Of a DNA stretch of 64,000 nucleotides, positions 34,993-46,562 are shown one piece after another (position 1 is the stretch's first letter; the number at the start of each line of letters is the position of its first letter). The notes beneath the pieces were generated by a model that was not told where the DNA came from, did no database searches, and saw only the letters and a list, made by a program, of their open reading frames with translations. A program made the translations under genes and the position numbers. The DNA comes from an uncultured Gemmatimonadales bacterium (lineage in GTDB: Bacteria; Gemmatimonadota; Gemmatimonadetes; Gemmatimonadales; Gemmatimonadaceae): assembly GCA_963701965.1 (NCBI GenBank), contig OY969695.1:4832001-4896000 (forward strand). Direction: 5' to 3'.

Positions 34993-35246
34993 AGCGGTTC
35001 GACCCGCGTCAGCGAGAAATCCTCGACGACCGGATTCGCCAACAAACGCTGGCACATGGCGTCGACCGCGTCCCGGGCGTGATTGGCATCCGGCGCGTCC
35101 GCGTCGACCACGATATAGCGGCCGACGTGGACGTCCTGCACGCCGGCGAAGCCGAGCGTGCGCAGCGCGTCGGCGACGGCGCGGCCTTGCGGGTCGAGAA
35201 TTCCTTCCCGCGGTTTGATCTCCACCGACACTCGATACCGCGTCAT
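34989..35246 (-). CDS. purS: FGAM synthase subunit PurS
   Basis: ILDPQG, LLANPVVEDF, 85 aa. Confidence 0.94.
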   Translation of the reverse strand: MTRYRVSVEIKPREGILDPQGRAVADALRTLGFAGVQDVHVGRYIVVDADAPDANHARDAVDAMCQRLLANPVVEDFSLTRVEPL

Positions 35247-36142
35247 GGCTCCTCGTGTTCGATGACCCGGGCGATCGCCGGAGTCGATAGCTGTCCTTGT
35301 CGCCGCCGCCGGCGCCGCCGGCGCGCGTCGCGCTCCGACAGGTCGTCGTCGTCCTCTTCTTCGTCTCCCGCTCCGTAGCCCGTCGGAATCCGGTCGACGA
35401 ACCCCAAGATCAGCGTCTTGATGAGACCGTAGAGCACGTAGATCATGCCCGCCGGAAAGAAGAATTCGCGTCCGTACAACGCGATCCCGGCGACGCAGAC
35501 GATCACGAGCAGGAGACCGCCGGCGCCGCGCCAAGTGCGGACGCCGATCTTGGGCATCGCCGGGTAGGGGACGCTCGTCACCATGAGGATGGCGAGGCCG
35601 CCCATCACGTACTTCACCATCTCGTTCCACGGCATGCCGAAGAGCCGGGCGTCGTACAGCTTGGTTTGACTGAACCAGTAGTACGTCGCCAGCGTGCATC
35701 CCGCCGCCGGGCTGGGAAGCCCGATGAAGTGCGTTTTCTTGTGGCCGGCCTGGGTCACGTTGAAGCGGGCCAGGCGGATCACGGCGCAGGCCGAGAAGAT
35801 GAACACCAGCAACCACAGGGCGCCGCCTTCCTGCTGGAGCACCGAGAAATAGATGATCATCGCCGGCGCCAGGCCGAACGACACCGCATCGACCAGCGAA
35901 TCCAACTCCTCGCCGAAGCGGCTGCCCGTGCCCGTCGCCCGGGCGACCCGGCCGTCGAACCCGTCGCAGATGCCGCCCAGCACGATCCAGAGCACGGACC
36001 GGGAGAATTCGCCGCGCGACGCATCGACGATGGCGAAGATCCCGAAGAACAGGTTGCCGATCGTAAAGCCGTTCGGCAGCGCCGGCGCGGCCCGGCGCAT
36101 GTCGGCCCGCCTCAAGCGCGCCCGCATCGACGGCGGTCTCAT
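35243..36142 (-). CDS. pssA: CDP-diacylglycerol--serine O-phosphatidyltransferase
   Basis: PNGFTIGN, DGFDGRVAR, GEELDSLVD, RLARFN; next to psd. Confidence 0.92.
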   Translation of the reverse strand: MRPPSMRARLRRADMRRAAPALPNGFTIGNLFFGIFAIVDASRGEFSRSVLWIVLGGICDGFDGRVARATGTGSRFGEELDSLVDAVSFGLAPAMIIYFSVLQQEGGALWLLVFIFSACAVIRLARFNVTQAGHKKTHFIGLPSPAAGCTLATYYWFSQTKLYDARLFGMPWNEMVKYVMGGLAILMVTSVPYPAMPKIGVRTWRGAGGLLLVIVCVAGIALYGREFFFPAGMIYVLYGLIKTLILGFVDRIPTGYGAGDEEEDDDDLSERDARRRRRRRRQGQLSTPAIARVIEHEEP

Positions 36143-36785
36143 AATGGCAATTCCGCCAGCACGGTCGTGCCGGCGACGGTGCGCTGGCCGACGGTCACAT
36201 TGAGCTTCGTACCGAGCGGGAGAAAGACGTCGACCCGCGACCCGAACCGAATGATCCCCATGCGGTCGCCCTGGGCCACGCTGTCGCCCACGGCGCTGTA
36301 GGTGACGATGCGGCGGGCGATCAGCCCGGCGATCTGCCGGACCATTACCCGATACCGTCCTGATTCGAGGCCAGTGGACGACTGCTCGTTTTCCAGACTG
36401 GCTTTCTCCGACGCGGCGTGCAGGAACTTCCCGGGATTGTAGTGCCGGTAGACGACCCGCCCGCTCACCGGATACCGATTGACGTGTACATCGAACACGT
36501 TCATGAAGATCGAGACGCGGAGGGCGCGGCCGTGCACGAACGCCGGCTCGTCGACTTCGGCGATCTCCTGTAGCCGCCCATCGGCCGGACAGATCACGAC
36601 CCGGTCGCCGCGCTGGCCGCTGCGGTCCGGATCCCGAAAGAAGTACGCGACCCAGAGCGCGAGGATGGTCAACACGAACGCCGCCAGCCATAGCGGCCAG
36701 GAGCGGAGCACGAGCGCCAGCACGAACGCCGCCACGGCGACCGTCAACCCGAGGACGATGAAGACGTAGCCTTCGCGGGCGAACG

Positions 36786-36789
<4 letters not shown>
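36139..36789 (-). CDS. psd: Phosphatidylserine decarboxylase
   Basis: FFRDP, PADG, HVNRYP, FGSR cleavage motif. Confidence 0.93.
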
Positions 36790-37693
<904 letters not shown>

Positions 37694-37697
<4 letters not shown>

Positions 37698-39127
37698 ACC
37701 CGGACGTCCTCGGTAGGCGCGACCTCGTCGTCGATGCCTTCGAGGACGGGGGCCACGACCGTCGTCAGAAACTCGTCGACCTGCTCGGGCGCCCGGCCAA
37801 TGAAGCGCCGCGGGTCCGCCAGCTCGGCCGCCATCTCGACCGTCACCCCCGACGTGCGGTCGGCGGCGAGACGATCCAGCAGGTCGTTGCGGCCGCCCGT
37901 GCTCACCTGGCTCCGCGCGTCCATACTGTGCCGCCGGATGGTTTCGTGGGCGTCTTGCCGGTCCCCGCCGGACTTGACCGCGAGCACGATCAATTCCTCG
38001 GTGGCCATGAACGGCAACTCATCCTCAATGCGCCGGCGAATGCGCGCCGGATGCACGACCAGCCCGCGCGCCACGTTCTGCATGAGGAGAAGGATCGCGT
38101 CCGTTGCCAGGAATGCCTCGGGGATGACGAGCCGCCGGTTCGCGCTGTCGTCGAGTGTGCGCTCGAAGAACTGGGTGCTGTGGGTCTGATTGCCATTCGG
38201 TTCCAGCGACAGGACGAATCGCGCCAACGACGCAATGCGCTCGGACCGCATGGGATTCCGCTTGTACGCCATCGCCGACGAGCCGATCTGTTCGCTCTCG
38301 AAGGGTTCCTCGATCTCGCCGAAGGCCTGCAGCATGCGGATGTCGCCGCTGAACTTGGCCGCGCTGGCGGCGATACCAGCGACCACGCCCAGCACGCGCG
38401 CGTCGATCTTGCGCGAATACGTCTGCCCGGTGACCGGCAACGACCGCGCGAACTCCATGGCGGCGGTCACGCGCCGGTCCAGCTCCCGCACCTTGTCGTG
38501 GTCCCCGTCGAACAGCCGCAGGAAGCTGGCCTGGGTGCCCGTCGTCCCTTTGATGCCACGAAACGGCAGCGTCCGCTCGGCGTGCTCGAGATCGTGGACG
38601 TCGAGGACCAGGTCTTCCATCCACAGCGTCGCCCGCTTGCCCACGGTGGTGAGCTGCGCGGGCTGCAAATGGGTGTAGCCCAGGGTCGGCTCATCCCGCC
38701 ACTCTTCGGCGAAGCGCTTGAGAGTGTGCAGCACTTTGAGCAGCCGGCGCCGCAGCACGCGCAGGCCGTCGCGCATGAGAATGATGTCGGCGTTGTCCGT
38801 GATGTCGGCGCTGGTCGCGCCATAGTGGATCACGCCCCGCGCCGCAGGCGCGGCGTCGCCAAACGCCTTGACGTGGGCCATGACATCGTGCCGGGTCAGC
38901 CGCTCATACTCGGCCACCCGCCCGAAGTCGATGTCTTCGAGATGATGGGACATGGCCGCCAGCGCGGAGCTCGGAATGTCGGCGCCCAACTCGTGCTCGG
39001 CCTCGGCCAGCGCCAGCCAGATGCGCCGCCAGGTCACATACCGGCGCTGCGGTGACCAGAGCGCGAGCATCTCCGCTGACGCGTAACGCTCGGCCAGGGG
39101 AGAGCTATAGTGGTCCCGCTCAGTCAT
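37694..39127 (-). CDS. purB: Adenylosuccinate lyase
   Basis: [25 protein letters not shown]. Confidence 0.96.
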
Positions 39128-39133
39128 GAACGG

Positions 39134-40510
39134 CTATTGAATGCTGAAGTCGGTCGAGAATATCTGCCTGTTACGCTCAAAGAACATTCGGATAGGACCG
39201 CGGCCGCCATAATAATTTAATGCCTTGGCCGCCTGATCCGCGCTGGTGATCGGCGTCCGGTTGATCTGGACGATCACATCGCCCGTTTGGATGCCGAGTT
39301 CGTCCGACACCCGGTTGCTGACCCGGTAGATCACGGCGCCATGCTCGGCCCGAACCCCGCGGTCGCTCTGGATCGTGGGCGTCAACGTCACCAGGTCCAG
39401 CTCCTTGAGTACTTCGACCTTGGGGGCGCTGACCTCCGGGAGGTCGGCGACGGTCACCGTGACCGACGTCGTCCGCGCCCCGCGCTTCACGGTCAGCGGC
39501 ACGGCCTGCCCGACGTGCAGATCGAGCAGCAGCGCTTCCCATTCGTACGGGTTCCGGAGCGCCCGCGTCCCGGCGCGCTCAATGACGTCGCCCGGCTCCA
39601 GTCCCGCGGTCGCCGCGGGGGAGCCGGGAACGACCGTGCGCACGACCACGCCGGAGTTGAGCGCATCGCGCGGGTTGTCGCTCTCCGGCAGGCGCAGCTT
39701 GATGCCAAACCAGGGCCGGCGGACGCTCCCATGCGCCAGCAGGTCCTCGGCCACGCGCTTGACGCGGTTGATCGGGATCGCGAAACCGAGCCCGACCGAC
39801 CCGCCGCTCGGCGAATAGATGGAACTGTTGACGCCCACGACTTCTCCCAGCGCATTGACCAGTGGTCCGCCGGAGTTGCCCGGGTTGATGGCGGCGTCCG
39901 TCTGGATCATGTCGACGTAGACGCCGTTCCCCTCGGCCTGACCGGCGAGATTGCGGCCGACGCCCGAGATCACGCCGACGGTGACGCTGGGCTCGGGGTT
40001 GCCGAGATAGAACCCGTAAGGATTCCCGATGGCGATCGCCCACTCCCCGATGATGAGGTCGTCGGAGGATCCCAGCGGCGCGACGGTCAGATTCGTAGCG
40101 GTGATCTTGAGGACGGCGAGGTCGTTGATCTCGTCCACGCCCAAGACCTTCGCGGTATACGTCGTGCCCTCGCGCAAGGCGACCTGCACGCGCGACGCGC
40201 CGGCCACGACGTGGGCGTTGGTGACGATGACGCCGTCCGCCCGAATCACAAACCCGGTGCCGAGCCCCGGTACCGTCTTGTTCTGCGGTCCGCCGCCAAA
40301 GAACGCGTCGAACGCGTCGGCCGAATGCTCGACCAACTCGGTCTGCACGGTGACGACGGAAGGCGCCACGCGAGCGACCGCGTCCGTCACCGGCGTACGG
40401 CGCAGCGTCGTCCGCGTGCGCGCCACGGCGGCCGAGTCTTTGACCGTTTGGGCATCGCCGCCGGTGCAGGCCGACAGCAAGGCGATCGAGAGCAGCAATG
40501 ACGGGCGCAT
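39134..40510 (-). CDS. HtrA/DegP-family serine protease with PDZ domains (lipoprotein signal)
   Basis: LSAC lipobox, TNAHVV, DLAVL, GNSGGP. Confidence 0.93.
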   Translation of the reverse strand: MRPSLLLSIALLSACTGGDAQTVKDSAAVARTRTTLRRTPVTDAVARVAPSVVTVQTELVEHSADAFDAFFGGGPQNKTVPGLGTGFVIRADGVIVTNAHVVAGASRVQVALREGTTYTAKVLGVDEINDLAVLKITATNLTVAPLGSSDDLIIGEWAIAIGNPYGFYLGNPEPSVTVGVISGVGRNLAGQAEGNGVYVDMIQTDAAINPGNSGGPLVNALGEVVGVNSSIYSPSGGSVGLGFAIPINRVKRVAEDLLAHGSVRRPWFGIKLRLPESDNPRDALNSGVVVRTVVPGSPAATAGLEPGDVIERAGTRALRNPYEWEALLLDLHVGQAVPLTVKRGARTTSVTVTVADLPEVSAPKVEVLKELDLVTLTPTIQSDRGVRAEHGAVIYRVSNRVSDELGIQTGDVIVQINRTPITSADQAAKALNYYGGRGPIRMFFERNRQIFSTDFSIQ

Positions 40511-41187
40511 CAGGCGTCGGCGGGAGCGATCGGAGGATGGTGCGAGCTGATTTCGGCCAGAAACCGATCCAGGCCCCGATCAGTGAGCGGATTGACCAGC
40601 AGCGCGTGCAACAGATGTGGTTCGACGGCGAGGATGTCCGCTCCCGCGCGCGCGCAGCGGCCGAACTGCGCCGGACCGCGCGGGCACCAGGCCAGGACGT
40701 CGCACTCGAACGCGTGTCGCGCGAACAGGCTCGTCGTCTCGCCGACGACATCCGATCCGTCGATCCCGTAGAGATCGAGATGGTCGATGCCGATGCTGAC
40801 GATGGACGCGCCCGCCTTGGCGGCCATGAGGGCCTGGGCGGTCGTGTACACGAGGGTCGCCAGCACCCGGACTCCCTCGGCGCGCAGGCGCCGCAATGCA
40901 CCCAACGTGTCCTCGACCAGCGGCACCGCGACAATGATCTGGTCGCTGATCCGCGCCAGATCGCGGCCGAGACGGTAGGCCTCGGCGTCGGTGACGGCTT
41001 CCACCGCCGCGCACACGGGCACCCGCACCGTCTCGCAGATCGCCGCCAGCAGGTCTTGCGCATCGAGACCGGTCGCTTCGGTCTCGCGGGCGAGTATGGC
41101 CGGCGAGGCGACGACGCCGTCGAGAAACCCGCAATCGTTCGCCCAACGGATTTCCCGGGTGTCCGCGGTTGCCAAGAAGATCTTCAT
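40510..41187 (-). CDS. Transaldolase/FSA-fold protein, predicted catalytically inactive
   Basis: TLVYTTAQALMAAKAGA and PLTDRGLDRF match TalC; Schiff-base Lys and TTNP absent. Confidence 0.82.
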   Translation of the reverse strand: MKIFLATADTREIRWANDCGFLDGVVASPAILARETEATGLDAQDLLAAICETVRVPVCAAVEAVTDAEAYRLGRDLARISDQIIVAVPLVEDTLGALRRLRAEGVRVLATLVYTTAQALMAAKAGASIVSIGIDHLDLYGIDGSDVVGETTSLFARHAFECDVLAWCPRGPAQFGRCARAGADILAVEPHLLHALLVNPLTDRGLDRFLAEISSHHPPIAPADA

Positions 41188-41960
41188 TCGGTCGCCAGGT
41201 AAAGCGCGGCGGGGTAGGTCACGCGTTCCAGCACCAGCCCGTGCGCTGGGGCCGGCGCCGCCGTCGCCGCGTTGTCCTCCACGCTCAGGAGGCGCGCCAC
41301 GTCGTCGGGGTCCCGGCGTCCGCGCGCCGCGTCCACCATCGTGCCCACGAGGAACCGCACCATATGGTGCAGGAACCGATTGGCCTCGATCTGAAACTCG
41401 AGCACGCCGGGACGCTCGCACCAGGTCGCATCGGTGATCTCACAACGGTGGTCGTCTTCCGGCGGCGCGGTGCCCTTGACCGCGAACGCGCGGAACGCAT
41501 GCGCTCCGCGCAAGGCACTCGCGGAGGCCCGGAGCACGCCCACGTCCAAGGGATCAGGGACGGTCCACTCATAGCGGGACCGGAATGGTGACCGGGACTG
41601 CTGGTCGATACCGACACGATAGCTGTAGCGGCGGGATACGGCGCTGTAGCGCGCGTGAAAGTCCGGCTCCATCTCGTGCGCGGCTGCGACCCAAATGTCG
41701 GACGGGAGGATGGCATTGAGCGACCGCCGGAGCTTGGGGGCGATCCAGGCCTCGGGAACCCGCACCCCGGCCGCTTGCCCGCGCGCGTGCACGCCGGCGT
41801 CGGTCCGCCCGGCACCCGTGACTTTGGTCTCCATGTTACAGAGGCGGCTCATGGCGTCTTCGAGCACTGCCTGCACCGTGCGCATCCCGGGCTGTCGCTG
41901 CCAGCCGGCAAAGCCGGCACCGTCATAGTGGAGGACGAGCTGGACCGTGCGCTCCGCCAT
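41184..41960 (-). CDS. truA: tRNA pseudouridine(38-40) synthase
   Basis: YDGAGFAGWQ, GRTDAGVHA, FLHHMVR. Confidence 0.96.
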   Translation of the reverse strand: MAERTVQLVLHYDGAGFAGWQRQPGMRTVQAVLEDAMSRLCNMETKVTGAGRTDAGVHARGQAAGVRVPEAWIAPKLRRSLNAILPSDIWVAAAHEMEPDFHARYSAVSRRYSYRVGIDQQSRSPFRSRYEWTVPDPLDVGVLRASASALRGAHAFRAFAVKGTAPPEDDHRCEITDATWCERPGVLEFQIEANRFLHHMVRFLVGTMVDAARGRRDPDDVARLLSVEDNAATAAPAPAHGLVLERVTYPAALYLATE

Positions 41961-42067
41961 TGGGCGGAAAGTACGCGACTCGACAGAGCGTGCGCAACTA
42001 GTTGATATTGCGTCACCTGAGCCGGCGATTGTGCCGTCGCTCGCGCTCCGCTCGTCGCTCTCTTGAG

Positions 42068-43381
42068 ATGGCCCCCAGGACCCTCGCATCGCTCGCGCAC
42101 GCCCTCGCCACCGCCTCCGACCTGGATGCGGCATTGGTCGCGCTCGGTGAAGGTTTGGCCGAGGTCGACCGGACGGCGTATGTGGCACTCCTGCGGTATG
42201 ATGGCCGCCGGGAAATGATCGTTGACCGCCTGACGCCGACGGGCGGCACCGTGGGCCGGACACCTGTCGAGACGACGTTCGACCATCTCTCCGCCGCGCT
42301 CCGGCAGGCCGTCTCGGCCGGCGCCCAGTTCATCGACCTGGGCGACCAGTCGCAGGAGTACGCGCGGTTGTTCGGGATGATGCCATTCGCCGATGGCGGC
42401 ATGCTCGCCCTGCGGGGCATCCGGTTCGATGGCTATCTGGCGGCGGTCGTGGCCCTGTACGAGTCGAAGAAGATCTTCGGCACGCGGGCCTCGGAGCGCT
42501 TCGCGCCATTCGTCGCGCTGTTCGAGCTGGCGTTCGCGCGCTTCTCGGAGCGGGAAGCGCGGGACGAAGCCGTGCGGCACGTCGAGGACGTCACGCACCG
42601 GGTCCATGGCGAATACGTGAAGAAGCTGGCGGCGCTGGAACGCCGCCTGGTCGCCAAGCAGACGGCCAACCAGGAACAGGCGGCCACGGCGACTCGCCTG
42701 ATCGCGCTGGAGGCCGAGGCGGCCGAAGCCGCGGAAGAGGCGCGACGCTCGGCCCGGAGAGCGGACGACTTGGAACAACAGGTCGCGGCCGCGGTGGCGC
42801 AGCTCGAGCAATCGCACGTCGAGATGCATCGGCGGAGCGAAACGCTCCGCCAGAAGACGCGCACGCTGTACCTGATCGATCGCGTGCTGTCACTCGATAA
42901 CGCGGCGACCGATCCGCGCAAGTTGATCGATGGCCTTCTGGCGCTCGTCGGCAATGACATGCAAGCGCAACGCTGCTCGCTCATGCTGCTGGCGCCGGAG
43001 CCGGGATACCTGTACCTGGCGGCGGCGCGCGGGCTGGCGCCGCACATCGTCGAGGGATCGCGGATCGCGATCGGCGAAGGAGTCGCCGGGCGCGTGGCGG
43101 CGTCACGGGAGCCGATGCTGGTGCAGGACGTCGAGGGCGCGCAGTCGCATCCGCTGCTGCGCGATCAGTATTTCACGACGGGATCGTTCATCAGCTTCCC
43201 GTTGGTCTACCACGATGATCTCGTGGGAGTCGTGAACCTCACGAATCGGGCGCAGCGCGGCGTGTTCGTCGAAGAGGATGTCGAGCGGGTCCGCTTGCTG
43301 GGCCTCGTGATCTCGCTCGTGGTGTCGCACGCGCGGCTCGGCCGGGCACCGGCCGGCAATGGAGCGCTGTACGCCACCTGA
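42068..43381 (+). CDS. GAF, coiled-coil, GAF protein without output domain
   Basis: Central A/E-rich coiled coil; C-terminal GEGVAGRVA, SFISFPL, GVVNL GAF motifs. Confidence 0.78.
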   Translation: MAPRTLASLAHALATASDLDAALVALGEGLAEVDRTAYVALLRYDGRREMIVDRLTPTGGTVGRTPVETTFDHLSAALRQAVSAGAQFIDLGDQSQEYARLFGMMPFADGGMLALRGIRFDGYLAAVVALYESKKIFGTRASERFAPFVALFELAFARFSEREARDEAVRHVEDVTHRVHGEYVKKLAALERRLVAKQTANQEQAATATRLIALEAEAAEAAEEARRSARRADDLEQQVAAAVAQLEQSHVEMHRRSETLRQKTRTLYLIDRVLSLDNAATDPRKLIDGLLALVGNDMQAQRCSLMLLAPEPGYLYLAAARGLAPHIVEGSRIAIGEGVAGRVAASREPMLVQDVEGAQSHPLLRDQYFTTGSFISFPLVYHDDLVGVVNLTNRAQRGVFVEEDVERVRLLGLVISLVVSHARLGRAPAGNGALYAT

Positions 43382-44420
43382 TCCCGCCGGCCCCCTGCGG
43401 GCGGCGCTCAAGACGCTCGCCCACGGACGCTCGCTGTCACGCCCGGACGTCCGGGCCGCGTTCGGCGTCATCATGCGCGGGGAGTCGACACCCGCGCTGA
43501 CGGCAGCGCTCCTCATGGGCCTCCGGGTCAAAGGCGAGACGTCCGACGAGTTGGCGGGAGCCGTCGAAGCGCTGCGCGATGCCATGGTCCTGCTGCCGGC
43601 CGAGGAGCGAAGTAGCCTGATCGACACGTGCGGCACGGGGGGCGGGGCCGTGCCTACGTTCAACATCTCCACGGCCGCGGCATTCGTCGCGGCGGCGGCC
43701 GGCGCCCGCGTGGCGAAACATGGCAATCGCTCGTACACCTCGCGCTGCGGCAGCGCCAATGTGCTCGAGGCGCTCGGGGTACCGCTCGAGGTGCCGCCAG
43801 CCGTCATGGCTGAAGTCCTGTCCCGCGCGGGGATCGTGTTCATGTTCGCGCCACTCATGCACCCGGCCATGCGACACGTCGGCCCGATCCGCAAAGAGCT
43901 CGGCGTGCCAACCATCATGAATCTCGTGGGCCCGCTCGCCAACCCGGCCGCGGCCACGCATCAGGTCATCGGCGTGGGCGACCGCGACCGGATGGCGCTG
44001 GTGGCCGGCGCGCTCAAAGCCCTGGGATTTTCTCATGCGCTCGTCGTCCACGGCGCGCCCGGCCTCGACGAGATCTCTCCGCTTGGGCCAACGGACGTGA
44101 TCGAGGTGCGCAATGGGGCGATCACCGAATGGCGGATCGACCCCGCCGCTCTCGGTCTCGCGGGCACCGTCGGGGATCTCGCCTGCGGCGATCCGTCCGA
44201 AAACGCCCGGATCATCCGCCGCGTCCTCGCCGGGGAAGGGCCCCCGGGGGCCTCAGCCGCCGTCGCGCTCAATGCCGGCGCCGCCATCTACGTGGCGGGC
44301 CTCGCGCCGACCTACGCCGCCGCGCTCCAGCGCGCCCGGGACCTGCTCAATACCGGTGAGGGTCTCGTCGCGCTCACGCGTATGGTCGAGGCGTACCACA
44401 CGGCGGGCGTCAAAGCCTAG
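43359..44420 (+). CDS. trpD: Anthranilate phosphoribosyltransferase
   Basis: DTCGTGG, NISTA, KHGNRS, GLDEIS; exact start uncertain. Confidence 0.95.
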   Translation: MERCTPPDPAGPLRAALKTLAHGRSLSRPDVRAAFGVIMRGESTPALTAALLMGLRVKGETSDELAGAVEALRDAMVLLPAEERSSLIDTCGTGGGAVPTFNISTAAAFVAAAAGARVAKHGNRSYTSRCGSANVLEALGVPLEVPPAVMAEVLSRAGIVFMFAPLMHPAMRHVGPIRKELGVPTIMNLVGPLANPAAATHQVIGVGDRDRMALVAGALKALGFSHALVVHGAPGLDEISPLGPTDVIEVRNGAITEWRIDPAALGLAGTVGDLACGDPSENARIIRRVLAGEGPPGASAAVALNAGAAIYVAGLAPTYAAALQRARDLLNTGEGLVALTRMVEAYHTAGVKA

Positions 44421-45025
44421 TACCGCCGCAGGACGCCGACGACGACCCCTTGGATCGAGATGTCGTTCTCGTGCACGTACATGGGGGCCATGGTCTCATT
44501 CGCCGGTTGAAGGCGGATCCGCCCGTCGCGCTCGCGATAAAACTTCTTGACGGTCGCTGAAGCTCCGGAGAGCATGGCGATGACCATCTCGCCGTTGTCC
44601 GCGCTCTGCCGCTCATTGACCACCACGAAATCGCCATCGCGGATGTGCTCGTCGATCATGGAATTCCCGCGAACGCGGAGCACATAGTGGCCGCCACCTC
44701 GGCGCACAAAATCTTCGGGGACCGCCACGCTTTCGTTTACGGCCATGGCCTCGATCGGCACACCCGCCGCCACCTGGCCGAGTAACGGCAACTCGACGGC
44801 GCGGGGAAAGGCCTCGGACGGCAGGATCTCGATGGCCCGACTCTCGTTGTAATGCCGCTTGATGTAGCCTTTCCTCTGCAGATTGCTGAGGTGCTCATGC
44901 ACGGTGGCCAACGAGTTATAGTTGAACTGCGACGCGATCTCCTCGAAGCTCGGCGCGTAGCCGTTGGCCTCGGTGTAGCTCGTGAGGAACGTCAGGATCT
45001 CGCGCTGCCGTTTGGTGAGCGGCAT
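44417..45025 (-). CDS. lexA: SOS repressor LexA
   Basis: LTKRQREI, VAAG cleavage site, GNSM, TVKK. Confidence 0.96.
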   Translation of the reverse strand: MPLTKRQREILTFLTSYTEANGYAPSFEEIASQFNYNSLATVHEHLSNLQRKGYIKRHYNESRAIEILPSEAFPRAVELPLLGQVAAGVPIEAMAVNESVAVPEDFVRRGGGHYVLRVRGNSMIDEHIRDGDFVVVNERQSADNGEMVIAMLSGASATVKKFYRERDGRIRLQPANETMAPMYVHENDISIQGVVVGVLRRY

Positions 45026-45052
45026 GACCTGCCCTCGCTGATGTTGTTCGTC

Positions 45053-45095
45053 CCGAATAGCTTCCGAACCCCACGTTAGCCGAATATCACCCGAA
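45053..45095. promoter_or_regulatory. Two candidate LexA operators CCGAA-N6-CCGAA
   Basis: 45053-45068 and 45080-45095 in the 70-bp lexA/trpC divergent gap. Confidence 0.65.
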
Positions 45096-45929
45096 GTGCA
45101 AGGCTTCCATCGCTGGCACCCGCCCTCGGGGATACTGGGTGCGCTGGTCGAACGCGCCCATGAGCGGGCGGCGGCATTGCGCGAGCAGGCCGGCGCGCTG
45201 CACGAGCTCGCCTTGGGATTACCGGTGCCGCCCGATTTCGCAGCGGCCCTCCGGCGTCCGGACGTTGCCGTCATTGCCGAGGTCAAGCGTCGTTCTCCGT
45301 CGCGCGGGGAGATCAATGGGTCCATCCGGGCCGGGCACCAGGCGGCGGCCTATGTCGCCGGCGGGGCGTCGGCGCTCTCGGTGCTCACGGAACCGGACCG
45401 CTTTGGCGGATCGCCCGCCGACCTCGCCGAGGCGCGAGCGCGCGTCGCGGTGCCGCTCCTCCGAAAGGACTTCATCGTCGACGAGGCCCAGATCGCCGAA
45501 GCGCGCACGCTCGGCGCCTCGGCGGTGCTGCTGATCGCCCGCGCCCTGCCGCCGTCGCGCGTGGCCGAGTTGGTGGCTGCCGCCACGGACCTCGGTTTGA
45601 CGCCGCTGGTGGAGATCCGGGACGAAGTGGAGTTGGCGGTCGCCCTCGATGCCCGCGCCCTGGTCCTCGGCGTCAACAATCGTAATCTCGAGACCCTCGA
45701 AGTCGACGCGGGCACCGCCGCCCGGATCATCCCCCACATCCCGCGCGAGCTCGTGGCGATCGCCGAGAGCGGGATCGCTGACCGGGCGCAGGTGGAGGCC
45801 GTCGCCGCCGCCGGGGCCGACGCCGTGCTGTGCGGTTCCGCCGTGTCAGCCGCCGCGGACCCGACCGCCGCGGTCCGGGCACTGGTCGGCGTCGCCCGAG
45901 ACGGCGCCGGACGGCAGTGCCGGACGTAA
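45096..45929 (+). CDS. trpC: Indole-3-glycerol phosphate synthase
   Basis: [28 protein letters not shown]. Confidence 0.95.
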   Translation: MQGFHRWHPPSGILGALVERAHERAAALREQAGALHELALGLPVPPDFAAALRRPDVAVIAEVKRRSPSRGEINGSIRAGHQAAAYVAGGASALSVLTEPDRFGGSPADLAEARARVAVPLLRKDFIVDEAQIAEARTLGASAVLLIARALPPSRVAELVAAATDLGLTPLVEIRDEVELAVALDARALVLGVNNRNLETLEVDAGTAARIIPHIPRELVAIAESGIADRAQVEAVAAAGADAVLCGSAVSAAADPTAAVRALVGVARDGAGRQCRT

Positions 45930-46562
45930 AGTTCTGCGGCCTCACCCGTCCGGGTGACGCGGAGACGGCCATGCGCTTGGGCGCGCGGTATGCCGGCGTC
46001 ATCTTCGCCGGAGGACCGCGACAGGTCACCGTCGCGCGCGCCCGCGAGGTGCTCGGGCCCGTGCGCGGCGCCCTGCGCTCCGTCGGCGTGTTCGGGTCCG
46101 TAACACCCGAAGCGATCGCCGGCGTCGTCGCCCAAGCCGCGCTCGACGTGGTGCAGCTCTCCGCCGATCCGACGCCGGAGTTCGTCGACGCCGTCCGCTC
46201 CGCCAGCGGTGCCGAAGTCTGGGCGGTCGTCCGCTGCACCACGGAGCTGCCGGGCGACGCCCACGCCCTGTTCGCGCGCGCCGACGCGGTGTTGCTGGAC
46301 GCCAAGGTCGCGGGGATGTTGGGCGGGACCGGCCGGACGCTCCCGTGGGCGGATCTGGCGCCGGCGCTCCGCGCCGCGCGCGGAACCCACGGCCGCGTCG
46401 TGTTGGCCGGCGGATTGAACGCGGAGAACGTGGCCCAGGCCGTGGCGGCGCTGGGACCGGACGTTGTCGACGTGTCGTCGGGCGTGGAGTCCGCGCCCGG
46501 CGTGAAAGACCACCATCAGAATGCGGGCGTTCGTCACGGCGCTCGCGGGGACCGATCAATGA
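45917..46562 (+). CDS. trpF: Phosphoribosylanthranilate isomerase (apparent +1 frameshift at about 46520 fuses it to trpB)
   Basis: VKFCGLT, GGTG, LAGGL, DVSSGVE; corrected end [18 protein letters not shown] with ATGA overlap on trpB. Confidence 0.9.

Noticed and set aside
43359..43373. Possible ACG start for trpD (GGAG then 6 nt then ACG at 43371)
   Set aside because: An in-frame ATG exists at 43359; cannot be resolved from sequence alone
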